A DNA stretch of 64,000 bases from an uncultured Phycisphaeraceae bacterium (GTDB taxonomy: Bacteria; Planctomycetota; Phycisphaerae; UBA1845): NCBI GenBank assembly GCA_964648365.1, contig CAZYLK010000004.1:5575-69574 (forward strand), read 5' to 3'. Of the stretch, positions 8,553-19,358 are shown piece by piece. The translations under genes and the position numbers were made by a program. Within the stretch, counting starts at the first letter, position 1; each line of letters opens with the position of its first letter. The notes under the pieces were generated by a model. It saw nothing but the letters and a program-made list of their open reading frames with translations, did no database searches and had not been told where the DNA came from.

Positions 8553-10182
8553 GGGCGCGCTCCCGGCCGGTGGCTGCGGCCTCCGTATAGGCGTACGGCG
8601 CCTCGGTGACGACAGGCGTTTCGGCGAAATTATGCTCAGGCGGCGGCGACGGAGTGCTCCATTCCAGCCCCGTCGCGTTCCACGGGTTGGGGTCCGCCTC
8701 CGGATGTCGAATCAGAGACCGGGTCAGGTACGTGAGTGGAATCAGATACGCCAGGCCGAGAATGGACGCACCCGCGGATGAAAGCACGTTGAGCACCTGA
8801 AACTCGGGTGGGTACTCCGCAACGCGGCGGACCATGCCCAGATACCCGAGCAGAAACTGTGGAAAAAAGGTCAGGTTGAAGCCAAAGAACAACAGGACGG
8901 CGCTGAAGACGCCCCATGCCTCAGGGTACATGCGTCCCGTAATCTTGGGCCACCAGAAGTGGATGCCACCGAGCGTGGCCATCACGGTTCCGCCCACCAT
9001 GATGTAGTGAAAATGGGCAACGACGAAGTACGTATCATGCACGTGCAAGTCGACGGCAAGCGACGCCAGAAACAGCCCCGTCAATCCACCGACCGTGAAC
9101 AGGCCGATGAAGCCGAGCGCATAGAGCAGCGGGGTCTTGTAGCGGATGGTTCCGTTGCGGAGCGTGACGATCCAGTTGAACACCTTGACCGCGGACGGAA
9201 TCGCCACCAGAAAGCTGAGCAAGGCGAAGACCAGGGACATCCGGATGCTCTGACCGGCCACGAACATGTGATGGCCCCACACCAGGAATCCCAGGACGGC
9301 GATGGCGACGCTGGAATAAGCAATGAAGCGGTAGCCGAAAATGGGATTCCTGGCGAAACATGGAATCAGCTCGCTGATGACGCCCATCGCGGGCAGGACC
9401 ATGATGTAGACCGCCGGGTGGGAATAGAACCAGAAGAGGTGTTGAAACAGCAGCGGATCGCCGCCGAGCGCCGGATCGAAGAGGCCCACGCCCCAGAAGC
9501 GTTCCATGGCGATCAGCACCAACGTGATGGCCAGCACCGGCGTCGCCAGCACCAGGATCAGACTGGTGGCGTACATCGACCAGATGAACAACGGCAGCCT
9601 GAACCAGGTCAGGCCGGGAGCGCGCATCGTGTGGACGGACACGATGAAGTTGATGCCGGTCAGAATGGAGGAGAAGCCCGCGATGAAGATGCCGGCCACC
9701 ATGGGAAAGACGGCGGAGTTGGCGAACGCCGTGCTGTACGGCGTGTAGAACGTCCAACCGGTATCCACGCCACCCGTGACGATGGAGACGACGGCCAGCG
9801 CGCCGCCGAACATGAAGAGGTACCAGCTCAACAGGTTCAGACGCGGAAACGCCAGGTCACGAGCCCCGATCATCAGAGGCACGAGGAAGTTGCCCAGTAC
9901 CGCCGGGATCGACGGGATCAGGAAGAACCATACCATGACCGTCCCGTGAATCGTAAAGAGCCGATTGTAAAGCCCCGCCGCGACCAGGTCCGCTTGCGGC
10001 GTCGCCAGTTCCAGGCGCATGAGCACGGCCGCAGTGCCGCCGATGAAGAAAAAGCCGGTGATGGACACCAGGTACAACATCGCGATCCGCTTGTGATCCA
10101 GCGTCAGCAGCCAGGAGCGCAGCGACCACCGAACGCTCAGATAGTGCGGCTGCGGCAGTGCGAGCGACGGCGCCGTCGTCAT
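8545..10182 (-). CDS. ctaD: cytochrome c oxidase subunit I (heme-copper oxidase)
   Basis: WFFGHP-type region [32 protein letters not shown]. 545 aa. ATGA overlap with ctaC. Confidence 0.95.
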   Translation of the reverse strand: MTTAPSLALPQPHYLSVRWSLRSWLLTLDHKRIAMLYLVSITGFFFIGGTAAVLMRLELATPQADLVAAGLYNRLFTIHGTVMVWFFLIPSIPAVLGNFLVPLMIGARDLAFPRLNLLSWYLFMFGGALAVVSIVTGGVDTGWTFYTPYSTAFANSAVFPMVAGIFIAGFSSILTGINFIVSVHTMRAPGLTWFRLPLFIWSMYATSLILVLATPVLAITLVLIAMERFWGVGLFDPALGGDPLLFQHLFWFYSHPAVYIMVLPAMGVISELIPCFARNPIFGYRFIAYSSVAIAVLGFLVWGHHMFVAGQSIRMSLVFALLSFLVAIPSAVKVFNWIVTLRNGTIRYKTPLLYALGFIGLFTVGGLTGLFLASLAVDLHVHDTYFVVAHFHYIMVGGTVMATLGGIHFWWPKITGRMYPEAWGVFSAVLLFFGFNLTFFPQFLLGYLGMVRRVAEYPPEFQVLNVLSSAGASILGLAYLIPLTYLTRSLIRHPEADPNPWNATGLEWSTPSPPPEHNFAETPVVTEAPYAYTEAAATGRERAHG

Positions 10183-11210
10183 GAGCCGCCCTCCCGGTTT
10201 TCGTCGGGGCGTGGAAGCGCCTTGATGGTCTCGACGAGCTGAATCATCTCCTCCTCCGTGATCTGCCCCGCGTAGGCGGGCATCGTCGAGGGACTGTCAT
10301 AACCCTGAGGAACGCGGTCATTCGGGTCGAGGATAGACTGCCGGATGTAGTTTTCGTCGGCGGTGACGCTGCGTCCGTCGCTGAGCCCAACGGTCCGGCC
10401 GAAAAGCCCCGTCAGCGCCGGGGCCGGCGCGTCGGCGGCACTCGTGTGGCAGTCCAGACAACCGAAACGGCGGAGGATGTCAGGGGAATCACCGCGGCCC
10501 GCGGCCCGCGCGCCGCCCGGCGCCTCCTGTGCGGCTGTCGTCCCATCCCCGGCAGCGAGCCAGCGCTGGAACTCGGCCGGCGGCATGATGACCACGCGGC
10601 CGCGCATGCGGGCGTGCTCGGCGCCGCAGTACTCGGCGCAGAACAGATGATACTCGCCGACGGCGTTCGCCTGGAACCACAGCGACGAATAACTGCCGGG
10701 CACCGCGTCCCGCTTCACGCGGAACGCCGGTACGAAGAAACTGTGGATGACGTCCTGCGACGTCAGAACGAGCCGGATGGGTTCGCCCGCGGGAACGTGC
10801 AGCTCATTGATCTCACGGCGCCCGCCGGGATGCTGTACCTTCCACATCCATTGCCGGCCGACGACGTAGATGGTGCGGGCATCGGCCGGCGGCGTGTTCA
10901 TCTCGACGAACACCCAGGCGCCCCAGGCGAAGATCGCCGCCGTAAGAAGCAGCGGCGCCGCCACCCAGGCGACCTCCAGTTGCAGGCGGCGCCGGATCGG
11001 ACCGGTCCGATGCGGCTCGGCGCCCGCCCGGTACTTCACCCCGTAGCCGAGCGTCAGCGCGCCGATCAGCACCACGAAGAACAGCGTCAGCCCGAGCAGA
11101 CCCATGTAGACGTGATCCACGTCGGCGGCGCCCGTGGAAGCGCTGGGCGGCCAGAGCGAAAACGGCGGCGTCTCACCGATCTGCCCGATGCTTGCTCCGA
11201 GGTTTGTCAT
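10179..11210 (-). CDS. ctaC: cytochrome c oxidase subunit II with fused C-terminal cytochrome c domain (caa3 type)
   Basis: CuA site [23 protein letters not shown], and C-terminal heme c motif CLDCHT. Confidence 0.9.
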   Translation of the reverse strand: MTNLGASIGQIGETPPFSLWPPSASTGAADVDHVYMGLLGLTLFFVVLIGALTLGYGVKYRAGAEPHRTGPIRRRLQLEVAWVAAPLLLTAAIFAWGAWVFVEMNTPPADARTIYVVGRQWMWKVQHPGGRREINELHVPAGEPIRLVLTSQDVIHSFFVPAFRVKRDAVPGSYSSLWFQANAVGEYHLFCAEYCGAEHARMRGRVVIMPPAEFQRWLAAGDGTTAAQEAPGGARAAGRGDSPDILRRFGCLDCHTSAADAPAPALTGLFGRTVGLSDGRSVTADENYIRQSILDPNDRVPQGYDSPSTMPAYAGQITEEEMIQLVETIKALPRPDENREGGS

Positions 11211-12124
11211 GCACGGCGCTCCGCTTCGCGCAGCGCCGGCGCCCGGCGCCGCCGGTTGAGCAGGAGGACGGCCGCAGCCAACGCAATCACCGTCATGGCG
11301 CCCCCGGCGCGAACGGCGGACATGACAGCGAATCCGTAGCGCCCGGTTGACGGGTCATAGCGGTAACATCGCAGGATGATTCGGTCGGCGACCGATCCGA
11401 TCGACCCTTGCGATGCTTCCAGCAGAGCCAGACGCAGATCGCCGGTGTCGTAGTCGACGCCGGTCAGGTATCGCGAGACTCGCCCGGTGGGCGTCAGAAC
11501 GGCGATCGCGGCCGGGTGCGCGAACTGGTCCGTGGCCGGGTCGTATGTGTAGTGAAAGCCGATGGCCCGCGTAAGCTCATGAATCTCAGACTCGGCGCCG
11601 GTCAGAAAATGCCAGCCGCGGTGGGACGCATCGGACATCCGCCGGCGGAAGTAGCTCAGCTTCTTCTGCGAAGCGAGGTCCGGCCCTTCCCTGGGATCGA
11701 TGCTGAACACGACGACGTCAAAGCGCTCGCCGGCTCTGAAATCCAGCCGCTCGGTTGCGCGGATGAGGGCGTTGAGCACTTGCGTACACAGCATCGGGCA
11801 GCGGTAGAATACGGGCACGAGAATCACCGGACGCTCGCCCCCGTAGTCCGAAAGTGTCACCTCGGCCGCGGTTTCGTCGACAAAACGAGCCTCACGCGGA
11901 ACGGACTCGCCCAGCCGTTGCTCAAGCCGCACGCCCGCAAGCGACTGTGGCGGCCCGCTCACGGCCGGCTCGACCGCAACGGCTGCAAGCAGCGCGGCCA
12001 GGGCGGGCAGGCGCCGCCCTCGCGCGCGCGGCGGCGGGCGACCGACAGGTTCGCTCTGATCGGCCAGGTCGCGACGCGCGTCATCGCTCGTTCGAGTGGC
12101 GGCTCTCATCGTCTGCCTCCGCAA
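11207..12124 (-). CDS. SCO1/SenC family copper chaperone
   Basis: CxxxC motif FYRCPMLC plus the downstream His in FAHPAAIAVL. N-terminal TM anchor. ATGA overlap with ctaC. The start could instead be the Met at 12109. Confidence 0.85.
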   Translation of the reverse strand: MRRQTMRAATRTSDDARRDLADQSEPVGRPPPRARGRRLPALAALLAAVAVEPAVSGPPQSLAGVRLEQRLGESVPREARFVDETAAEVTLSDYGGERPVILVPVFYRCPMLCTQVLNALIRATERLDFRAGERFDVVVFSIDPREGPDLASQKKLSYFRRRMSDASHRGWHFLTGAESEIHELTRAIGFHYTYDPATDQFAHPAAIAVLTPTGRVSRYLTGVDYDTGDLRLALLEASQGSIGSVADRIILRCYRYDPSTGRYGFAVMSAVRAGGAMTVIALAAAVLLLNRRRRAPALREAERRA

Positions 12125-12473
12125 CGACCAACCTCATGGCTCGTTCGATCGGGATTCTGACCACGCCGGCCCCACGGTCGATCCACTGATAGGTCGTCAG
12201 CCGTTCGTCTTCTGCGGCCCGCATCGCCGCCAATTCCCCGGCAGGGTTTGTCCAATGACGGGTGACGCCGTCCCGCTCACCGGCGTCAATGGGTTGGAGC
12301 CGGTCCGGCCCGCGGTAGACGTGCAGCACGATGTCCGCCAGCGGCACACTCAACACGACGACGACGGCGATGGCCGCCGCGAACGCGAGGACGATCCCCG
12401 CACGCGTGCCGTCCGGCTCCGGCGCCTGACGCTCCGCCTTGAGGTATTCTGTTGCACGTCTGCGTTGGGTCAT
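12081..12473 (-). CDS. single-TM hypothetical protein embedded between actF and SCO
   Basis: Start at the internal Met MTQRRRATEYLK, which forms an ATGA overlap with the actF stop (12470-12473). One TM helix, GIVLAFAAAIAVVVVLSVPLA. No family recognised. Confidence 0.5.
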   Translation of the reverse strand: MTQRRRATEYLKAERQAPEPDGTRAGIVLAFAAAIAVVVVLSVPLADIVLHVYRGPDRLQPIDAGERDGVTRHWTNPAGELAAMRAAEDERLTTYQWIDRGAGVVRIPIERAMRLVVAEADDESRHSNER

Positions 12474-13615
12474 GATCCGTCCTGCTGGGGGGTTTGGGCG
12501 TCGCGCACTGCCGCAACGCGGTTCCAACTCCAGTTGAAGGCGACCAGCCAGAGGCTGCTCAGCGCCAGCACGGGTGGACCGGCCGCGACGAGCACCAGCG
12601 ACACGGAGCCGCGGTACGACGGCAATACGAACCACGCCGCCTCCAGACACCGGGCGGCCAGAATGAGGATCGCGATCCGCGTCAACACGCGCGGCCGCCG
12701 CTTGACGTCGCGCGAGCTGAGCAGCAGCAGCGGCGCCACGAAATGCGCCGCAATCAGAACCAGGGCAGCAGCGCCCCAGATTCCGCGCATCCGCGGCAGA
12801 TACCAGCCGATCTCGCGGGGCAGATTGCCATTCCAGATGATGAAGAACTGGGAGTAAGCAAAATACGCGTGCAGCACGACTGCGGTCAGCAACAGTGTGG
12901 CCACGTCCTGAAGGATCCTATCTGCATCCGGCCCGTCATCCGCCCCGCGACGCCTTGCCACCAGCACGATGATCAGTGCCAGTGCGCTGACAACCTGTCC
13001 CATGATCACGTACAGGCCGAACATCGCCGAGTACCAGGCAGGTTCCAACGAGCCGATCCAGTCCACGGCGGCGAAACTCGTCGTGACGACATAGATCAGC
13101 AGTCCGACCGCCGCCGGCCGCGCGGCGTAGCCGACCTGAGCCGTCTGTGACCCCGACTTCGCCCACGAGCAACGCACGACCAGCCACGCGCCGGCGCTCC
13201 AGATGAGCAGGAACGCCGCCGACCGAATCAAGAACCCACCTACGCTCAGGTATCGGCGTGTCGTTTCGGGGAGGGCGGGATCGCGCTCCACGGCCCACGG
13301 GTACAGTGCCGTCACGCCGATCGCGACGGGAAGAAAAAAGAGAATTAACACCGGCGTCGTAACGGCCATGGCGGCGAGTTCCGTTCGCACGGCCACCCCC
13401 CACCGACCGCCGGTCAAATGGTGCAGCATCAGAACCGCCGACCCACCCATTGGCATCCCCGTGCAGAGTATGAACGCGCAGAGGCAGCCCAGCAGCGTCG
13501 CTGTCGGCGCGGCGAGCGCCAGGACGACAGCCAGCAGCGCGGATGCACCGGCCGTCCGAAGCGCGGGCTTCGTCAACCGGTCCATCCACTCCGAATAGTG
13601 CGCGGCCGCATTCAC
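12470..13615 (-). CDS. actF: alternative complex III subunit ActF (NrfD-like polytopic membrane subunit)
   Basis: About 10 hydrophobic helices. HHLTGGRWG motif. Positioned after actE in an act cluster. Confidence 0.75.
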   Translation of the reverse strand: MNAAAHYSEWMDRLTKPALRTAGASALLAVVLALAAPTATLLGCLCAFILCTGMPMGGSAVLMLHHLTGGRWGVAVRTELAAMAVTTPVLILFFLPVAIGVTALYPWAVERDPALPETTRRYLSVGGFLIRSAAFLLIWSAGAWLVVRCSWAKSGSQTAQVGYAARPAAVGLLIYVVTTSFAAVDWIGSLEPAWYSAMFGLYVIMGQVVSALALIIVLVARRRGADDGPDADRILQDVATLLLTAVVLHAYFAYSQFFIIWNGNLPREIGWYLPRMRGIWGAAALVLIAAHFVAPLLLLSSRDVKRRPRVLTRIAILILAARCLEAAWFVLPSYRGSVSLVLVAAGPPVLALSSLWLVAFNWSWNRVAAVRDAQTPQQDGS

Positions 13616-13618
13616 AGT

Positions 13619-14230
13619 TCAACGATCCCCCGTCGATGGCTCTGTCCCTGAGTCCTTGGCGAGCAGCCTGGCCCGTTCGCCCGGTGGGACGTCGTCGAAG
13701 GTCGCGCGCTGGCTGCGTTGCAATGCGCGCAGGTAGGCAACGATCGCCCAGCGGTCGTCGATCGGAACCAGAGCGCCGTGCGCCGGCATGTTCCCCGTGC
13801 CTTCGGTGATGACCGTGAACAGGTAGGCGTCGTCGACGTCGCGAAGTCGCTCTGAATGATGCGATGCCGCCTGCGGGAACCCGCGTTGAATCACCATGCC
13901 GCGCCCGTAACCGTCCCGACCGTGGCACGGAGCACAGAAGATGTCGAATCGCTCCCGGCCGCGCTGAACCAGCGGAAACGAGATCGGCGGCCGGGCACGG
14001 CGAGCCGCCGCGTCGTCCAGGGATCGGCCGGCCGGCCCGGGGCGCGGGATCGTACCTGCCACGCGCGGCCGGGCGAGCGCGCCGTCAGGGAACACCGTCG
14101 ATGCATCGAGCGGTCCGGCACGGCCGCGGTCAACCATGCGGTCGCGCCCCTCACAACCGCTGATCGCCAGGATCATGCCGACGGCGGTAGCTCCACACGT
14201 GATGGGGATGATCCGTAGCGTGTCGCTCAT
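13619..14230 (-). CDS. actE: alternative complex III subunit ActE (monoheme cytochrome c lipoprotein)
   Basis: Lipobox ILAISGC and a single CAPCHG heme motif. ATGA overlap with the actCD stop. Confidence 0.75.
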   Translation of the reverse strand: MSDTLRIIPITCGATAVGMILAISGCEGRDRMVDRGRAGPLDASTVFPDGALARPRVAGTIPRPGPAGRSLDDAAARRARPPISFPLVQRGRERFDIFCAPCHGRDGYGRGMVIQRGFPQAASHHSERLRDVDDAYLFTVITEGTGNMPAHGALVPIDDRWAIVAYLRALQRSQRATFDDVPPGERARLLAKDSGTEPSTGDR

Positions 14231-16188
14231 CGGACCGCCTCACTGACACGGATCGCGCCCAATCGCAGCAGCGCCGACCGCGTCTGCTGGCGGTCGAAGC
14301 GATCATCGGTCGACTCGATGCACAGGAAGAACGAATCGCGCGACGCGCGATCGAACGACGGCGTGTTGAACACGGGGTGGTACGGCTGCGGGAGCCGGTT
14401 CAGGACGCACAAGCCGAGGACCGCGAAGGCGGCGCCGCCCAGGATGGCCAACTCGAAGGTGAGCGGAATGTAGGAGGGCCAGCTATGATCGGGCCGCCCG
14501 CCAATGTTGATCGGGTAGTGGATGGCGTTGGAGTACCACTGAACGATGTATGCAAGCGCACCGCCCAGAAGCGCCCCGACCGCGACGGCCGTCGGGATCG
14601 GGGATTTCGCCAGCCGCAGCGCGCGGGGGAGTTCGGCGATCGGGAACGGCGAGTACGCATCGACGTGCGTATATCCGGCCTGGCGTGCCGACGCCGCAGC
14701 GTTGATGAGGTCCGCAGCGCCGCGGAACTGGGCAACGATGCCGTAAAGCCGATCGTCCGGGATGACGCCGGCCAGGACGGGCTGGTCCCTGTCCGGCCCG
14801 GAATCAGGGCCGTCGGGCGGAGGCCGCTGCGGCTTGTACCGGCCGTGATAGACGTCCTCCTTAAGTTCGAACATGGATATCGCCGGGAGAAACCTGACGA
14901 ACAGGAGCATCAGCGCCGCAAACAGGCCGAGGGTTCCCAGCAGCAACGACCAGTCCCAGCGGGTCGGCACGTACGTCCCCCAGGAAGAGGGCAGATAGTC
15001 GCGGTGCAGGCTGACCACGACGATGACGAATCGCTCCAGCCACATTCCGAGGTTGACGAAGAGGGCCACAATGAATAGCGCCGTCGGCGTCGTGCGCACC
15101 CGGCGAAACCACAGAAGCTGACCAGCGCCCACGTTGCAGGCGATCATGCCCCAGAAGTAGGGCGAATACGGCCCCAGAGCGCGGTTGCGCACCAGGTACA
15201 ACTCGGCGCTCTCGCCGCTGTACCAGGCGGTAAACGTCTCCATGACGTAGCCATAGGCGACGACCAGACCTGCCGTCAGCATCACTTTGCCCATGTTGGC
15301 GAGGTGACGAGACGTGATGAAGTCCTGAAAGCCGAAGACGGCCCGCAGTGGGATCGCCAGCGTCAACACCATCGCGAATCCCGAGTAGATCGCCCCCGCC
15401 ACGAAGAACGGCGGGTAGACGGTCGTGTGCCAGCCGGGAACGATGGAGACGGCGAAATCCAGCGAGACAATACTATGAACCGACACGACCAGCGGCGTGG
15501 CCAGGCCCGCCAGCATCCAGTACGTCATCTGATAGTGGTGCCAGTGCCGCGCCGAACCGCGCCATCCCAGGGAGAAGAACCCGGTCAGACGACGCACCCA
15601 GCGTCGATCGGCTCGATCCCTCATGGTGGCCAGGTCCGGCACGAGTCCCAGATACCAGAACAGGAAGGAGACGAGCGAGTAGGTCAGCACCGCAAACACG
15701 TCCCACATCAGCGGGCTGCGCCATTGTGGCCACAGCCCCATCGTGTTCGGGTAGGGGAACAGATAATAGAACTTCCAGATCCGTCCGAGGTGCAACAGGG
15801 GAAAGATGGCGGCGTTGGCGACCGCGAACAGCGTCATGGCCTCGGCGAACCGGTTGATCGAGGTCCGCCAGTCCTGCCGCATCAGCAGCAGAATCGCCGA
15901 GATCAGCGTGCCGGCATGGCCGATCCCGATCCACCACACGAAGTTAACGATCGCGAACCCCCAGGCGACCGGCACCGATACGCCCCAGACTCCGACGCCT
16001 CGGACCACCAGCCACACGACCGAGATCGCCCCTGCCATGGCCAGCGTCATGGCGCCGCCGAACAGCACCAGCCATCGTGGTTGAAACCCTGGCCGCAACG
16101 GGATCCCGCCGATCCTGTCGGACAGATCGGCGCATGCGAGCGAGAGGTCCGCCGATTCCGCATCGACTGGCTGAACGGCGGTGGTCAT
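14227..16188 (-). CDS. actC: alternative complex III ActC (NrfD-like quinol-interacting subunit) fused to ActD (DUF3341-like)
   Basis: The ATG at 16188 forms an ATGA overlap with the actB stop. N-terminal part: FAIVNFVWWIGIGHAGTLISAILLLMRQDWRTSINRFAEAMT. A Pro-rich linker RYKPQRPPPDGPDSGPDRDQP follows. Then an ActD-like part: LYGIVAQFRGAADLINAAASARQAGYTHVDAYSPFP plus 2 TM helices. One uninterrupted 653-codon frame. Confidence 0.8.
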   Translation of the reverse strand: MTTAVQPVDAESADLSLACADLSDRIGGIPLRPGFQPRWLVLFGGAMTLAMAGAISVVWLVVRGVGVWGVSVPVAWGFAIVNFVWWIGIGHAGTLISAILLLMRQDWRTSINRFAEAMTLFAVANAAIFPLLHLGRIWKFYYLFPYPNTMGLWPQWRSPLMWDVFAVLTYSLVSFLFWYLGLVPDLATMRDRADRRWVRRLTGFFSLGWRGSARHWHHYQMTYWMLAGLATPLVVSVHSIVSLDFAVSIVPGWHTTVYPPFFVAGAIYSGFAMVLTLAIPLRAVFGFQDFITSRHLANMGKVMLTAGLVVAYGYVMETFTAWYSGESAELYLVRNRALGPYSPYFWGMIACNVGAGQLLWFRRVRTTPTALFIVALFVNLGMWLERFVIVVVSLHRDYLPSSWGTYVPTRWDWSLLLGTLGLFAALMLLFVRFLPAISMFELKEDVYHGRYKPQRPPPDGPDSGPDRDQPVLAGVIPDDRLYGIVAQFRGAADLINAAASARQAGYTHVDAYSPFPIAELPRALRLAKSPIPTAVAVGALLGGALAYIVQWYSNAIHYPINIGGRPDHSWPSYIPLTFELAILGGAAFAVLGLCVLNRLPQPYHPVFNTPSFDRASRDSFFLCIESTDDRFDRQQTRSALLRLGAIRVSEAVR

Positions 16189-19100
16189 GGCGCGGGCTCG
16201 CCTCGCGTGGAGGGCGGCCCGTGGTGAGTTGATCCCGGCTCGGCGGCGTCTCGCGCAAACCTGCTGTTCGGATTGAACACGCGCGCCAGATAGGTCGTGC
16301 GCGGACGCACATTCAGATGAGCGAGCAGGGCGTAGTCGTGAGGCTCGCGTTTCGCGGCGGCCAGGGCGCCCTGCGGGTCGAGCAAGTCGCCGAACACGAT
16401 CGCCTTTGCGGGGCACGCCTGCTGACAGGCGGTGAGCACGTCACCGTCGCGGATGTCCCGGTTGTCCTTACGGGCTTGGATGTGCGCGGTACGAATCCGT
16501 TGGACGCAGTAGGTGCATTTCTCCATCACGCCGCGCTCGCGAACCGTAACGCCCGGGTTGTACTGGAGACGAAGGCTCGGCGTCTCCACGTCGGCGTACT
16601 GATGGAAATTGAACCGCCTCACCTTGTACGGGCAGTTGTTGGAGCAATACCGCGTGCCGACGCATCGGTTGTACGTCATCTCGTTAAGCCCGTCGTGGCT
16701 GTGCGTCGTCGCGCTGACCGGACATACGACTTCACAGGGAGCGTCTTCGCAGTGCATGCAGGGCACCGGCTGATGGTGCATGACGGGAGCGGCGGGCAGT
16801 CCCTCGAAGTAGCGATCGACCCGGATCCAGTGCATCTCCCGTCCGAGCCGCACCTGATCAGCCCCGACGACCGGAATGTTGTTCTCGGCCTGGCAGGCCA
16901 CGACACACGCGTTGCAGCCGATGCACGTGGTCAGATCGATGCTCATGCCCCACTGAGGACGTTCACCGGTTCGGGCCGGATACAGCGACAGGGATACGTC
17001 TTCATGAGCGGAGCGGACCAGGCCAGCGGGATCGCTGGTATACTGTCTCAGCGTCCCTGCCCGGACCAGATCGCGATTCTCCATCAACTGATGCGATTGC
17101 GTGCAGGCCAGCGCCATGCGACGCCCGGTGGGTTGGACCGCAAGTCCGTCACAAAACCACGGCGCCTTGTCTACGCGAAGCGTGTACGCGCTGAACCCAC
17201 GTCCCGTACCGACGCGGCCGCCGGCCCAGCGGCCGTATCCCAGTGAAACCGTCACACATGCGTCCGCATGACCGGGCAGAATCCATGCAGGCGCCTCAAG
17301 CCGGCGCCCGCGGTGCTCGAGCCGCACAACATCCTCGCTGGCGACGCCCAGCGCCGATGCGGTGGCGGGGCTTAATAGCGCTGCGTTGTCCCAGGTGAGC
17401 CTGGTCAACGGCTTCGGCAGTTCCTGCAGCCAGCCGTTGTTCGAGTGGCGGCCGTCGCGCACCGTGGGGTCGAGTTGAATGTTCAACTCCAACGGCGGGG
17501 CGGAGGCTGCGCGGACTTCCCCGGCGTCAGGCGGCGACGCCTGTCGGACCGCCTGCCGCACCGCGTCCCGCTTGACTTTGATGGAAACAGGTCGGGCGGC
17601 GGAATCCGGCGCCTGGCCGCGCTGAAGTGTCGCGACCCACCAGGCGTCGAAATCCACGCGACCGACCAAACCGCGCCAATGATCGCGAAGGATCGCACGG
17701 GCGGTTCGCTTCTCCCCCCCAGTTCTCTCCCCCGGTTCAGTTATTGCCACGTTTCCGCTTCCAGCCTTACGCCCGCCCAGTAGTTCCAGGACTTCCAACA
17801 GTGGGCGCCCCTCGTACAACGGCGCGATCAGCGGCTGGATCACCGCCAGCGAACCGTCGTAGGCGCGCGCGTCTGCCCACGATTCCAATTCGTGCGCCAA
17901 GGGCACGTGCCACTCGCACATTCGCGCCGTCTCGTCGCGGTAGTGACCGGCATGGGCGACGAACGGCACGGCGCGCACGCCTTCGACGATATCCAGATCG
18001 ACAGGGGCATCGTAGATCGGGTTGGCGTCGAGAATCAGGAGCGTCTCGACGCTCCCCGAGTGGACGTCATCCATCAGCGCCGCCAGAGATGCCGCTTCCG
18101 GCATCGTCGCGGCTGATACCGGGTCAATCATGGCCAGCGTCTGGCCCAGGTTGGCCAGGTATTCGTTCACCAGATGGACGAGGGCGTGAACATACGCCGG
18201 CTGTGATCGCCCGGCGACGACGACGCTCCGGCCCCGATGCGCCCGCAGGTCGGCCGCGACGTTTTGCAACCAGACGGTTTCCACATCCGACAGCGCCGCC
18301 TCCGGCACGTCACTCTCGGCAATGGCGCCTGCTTCGATCGCCAGGCGGCAGGCGAAGTCACTGATGCGCGTTGCGGGTGCTGGAAGCCGGTGGTCCGCGT
18401 TGGTACCGGTGACCGTCGGACAGGGTTCGGCGACGTAGAGCCGATTCATGCCGGCGGTTGATTTGCCGGGCAGGCTGCTGACGCGACGAGCATCGGCGTA
18501 GTCGCGGGCATAGCGGACGGCGCCTGGGTCGTCATAGAGAAAATCCGAGTCCAGCGCGACAATGACCTCGGCCCGATCCAGCCTGTACATCGCCTCCAGC
18601 GGCCGGTCGAATGCCAGGTTTGCGCCTTGAAGCGCTCCGGCGCCGAGCGCGGCGCTATGAACGTGCCACCTGGCCTGGGGCATATCATCAAGCAGTTGCC
18701 TGATCTGCCCGATCAGGGTCGGAGACGTCGTCGGACCCGTAAGGAGGCGCAAGCCCCGCCCGTTTCGACCCCGTGCCAGCGCAGTCCGATCGGCGATCGC
18801 GCGCTCGGCGGCAGACCAGGTCGAAATTCGACCGTTGTGATAAACCGCCTGCGATCGGTCCGGGTCGTACATGTCCAGGATGGCCGCCTGCGTAAACACG
18901 TCCGTAGCGCCCAGGCTGGCCGGATGGTCGGGGTTCCCCTCGATCTTGGTCGGCCGGCCGGCATGGCTTTTGACCAGCACTCCGTTGGCGTAGCCGTCGC
19001 GCGTGATCGCCGTCGCATAGTAGAGCGGGTGATCCACGGGCGCCGCGTCGTCCGCCCGCACTCGGGGAACGATCGGCCCGCCGGCCGGTCGGCTGCAGCC

Positions 19101-19352
19101 GGTCCATCCGGCGAGCGCCAACGACGCGGCCATCAGCGCCAGCGCCTCGCGGCGCGATGGTCCGTCCGGACCGTCCATCAGTCCCGACGGGAACTCGCTG
19201 GCGGCCCAGGCGCGGAACGCCTCCGTTTGCGCCCATTCATCCAGCGATCGCCAGAAGGCCGGTCCGTCCGCGGCATCGAGCGGGGCCGATGCCTTCAGAT
19301 CATCAGCGAACTCATGCATACGAAATGAACTGAGTCGGTGGTTCACACCCAA
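16185..19352 (-). CDS. actB: alternative complex III subunit ActB (molybdopterin-oxidoreductase-like domain plus 4Fe-4S ferredoxin domain)
   Basis: Tat-like [17 protein letters not shown]. Cys clusters [55 protein letters not shown]. The start is uncertain (TTG at 19352 or ATG at 19319). Confidence 0.9.
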   Translation of the reverse strand: MGVNHRLSSFRMHEFADDLKASAPLDAADGPAFWRSLDEWAQTEAFRAWAASEFPSGLMDGPDGPSRREALALMAASLALAGWTGCSRPAGGPIVPRVRADDAAPVDHPLYYATAITRDGYANGVLVKSHAGRPTKIEGNPDHPASLGATDVFTQAAILDMYDPDRSQAVYHNGRISTWSAAERAIADRTALARGRNGRGLRLLTGPTTSPTLIGQIRQLLDDMPQARWHVHSAALGAGALQGANLAFDRPLEAMYRLDRAEVIVALDSDFLYDDPGAVRYARDYADARRVSSLPGKSTAGMNRLYVAEPCPTVTGTNADHRLPAPATRISDFACRLAIEAGAIAESDVPEAALSDVETVWLQNVAADLRAHRGRSVVVAGRSQPAYVHALVHLVNEYLANLGQTLAMIDPVSAATMPEAASLAALMDDVHSGSVETLLILDANPIYDAPVDLDIVEGVRAVPFVAHAGHYRDETARMCEWHVPLAHELESWADARAYDGSLAVIQPLIAPLYEGRPLLEVLELLGGRKAGSGNVAITEPGERTGGEKRTARAILRDHWRGLVGRVDFDAWWVATLQRGQAPDSAARPVSIKVKRDAVRQAVRQASPPDAGEVRAASAPPLELNIQLDPTVRDGRHSNNGWLQELPKPLTRLTWDNAALLSPATASALGVASEDVVRLEHRGRRLEAPAWILPGHADACVTVSLGYGRWAGGRVGTGRGFSAYTLRVDKAPWFCDGLAVQPTGRRMALACTQSHQLMENRDLVRAGTLRQYTSDPAGLVRSAHEDVSLSLYPARTGERPQWGMSIDLTTCIGCNACVVACQAENNIPVVGADQVRLGREMHWIRVDRYFEGLPAAPVMHHQPVPCMHCEDAPCEVVCPVSATTHSHDGLNEMTYNRCVGTRYCSNNCPYKVRRFNFHQYADVETPSLRLQYNPGVTVRERGVMEKCTYCVQRIRTAHIQARKDNRDIRDGDVLTACQQACPAKAIVFGDLLDPQGALAAAKREPHDYALLAHLNVRPRTTYLARVFNPNSRFARDAAEPGSTHHGPPSTRGEPAP

Positions 19353-19358
19353 GTCCGA

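Noticed and set aside
8959-10242. 427-aa ORF on the plus strand
   Set aside because: It is antisense to cytochrome oxidase subunit I. Its His/Arg/Asp/Glu-rich composition mirrors the hydrophobic codons on the sense strand.
12936-13928. 330-aa minus-strand ORF overlapping actF and actE in another frame
   Set aside because: It is Arg/Gly-rich and overlaps two genes that have clear membrane and heme motifs and operon-consistent junctions.
16189-16416. N-terminal extension of the ActC ORF (729 aa in the track)
   Set aside because: The extension overlaps the actB 3-prime end in another frame and is Arg-rich. The internal ATG at 16188 gives the ATGA coupling seen at the other junctions and a typical ActC N-terminus.
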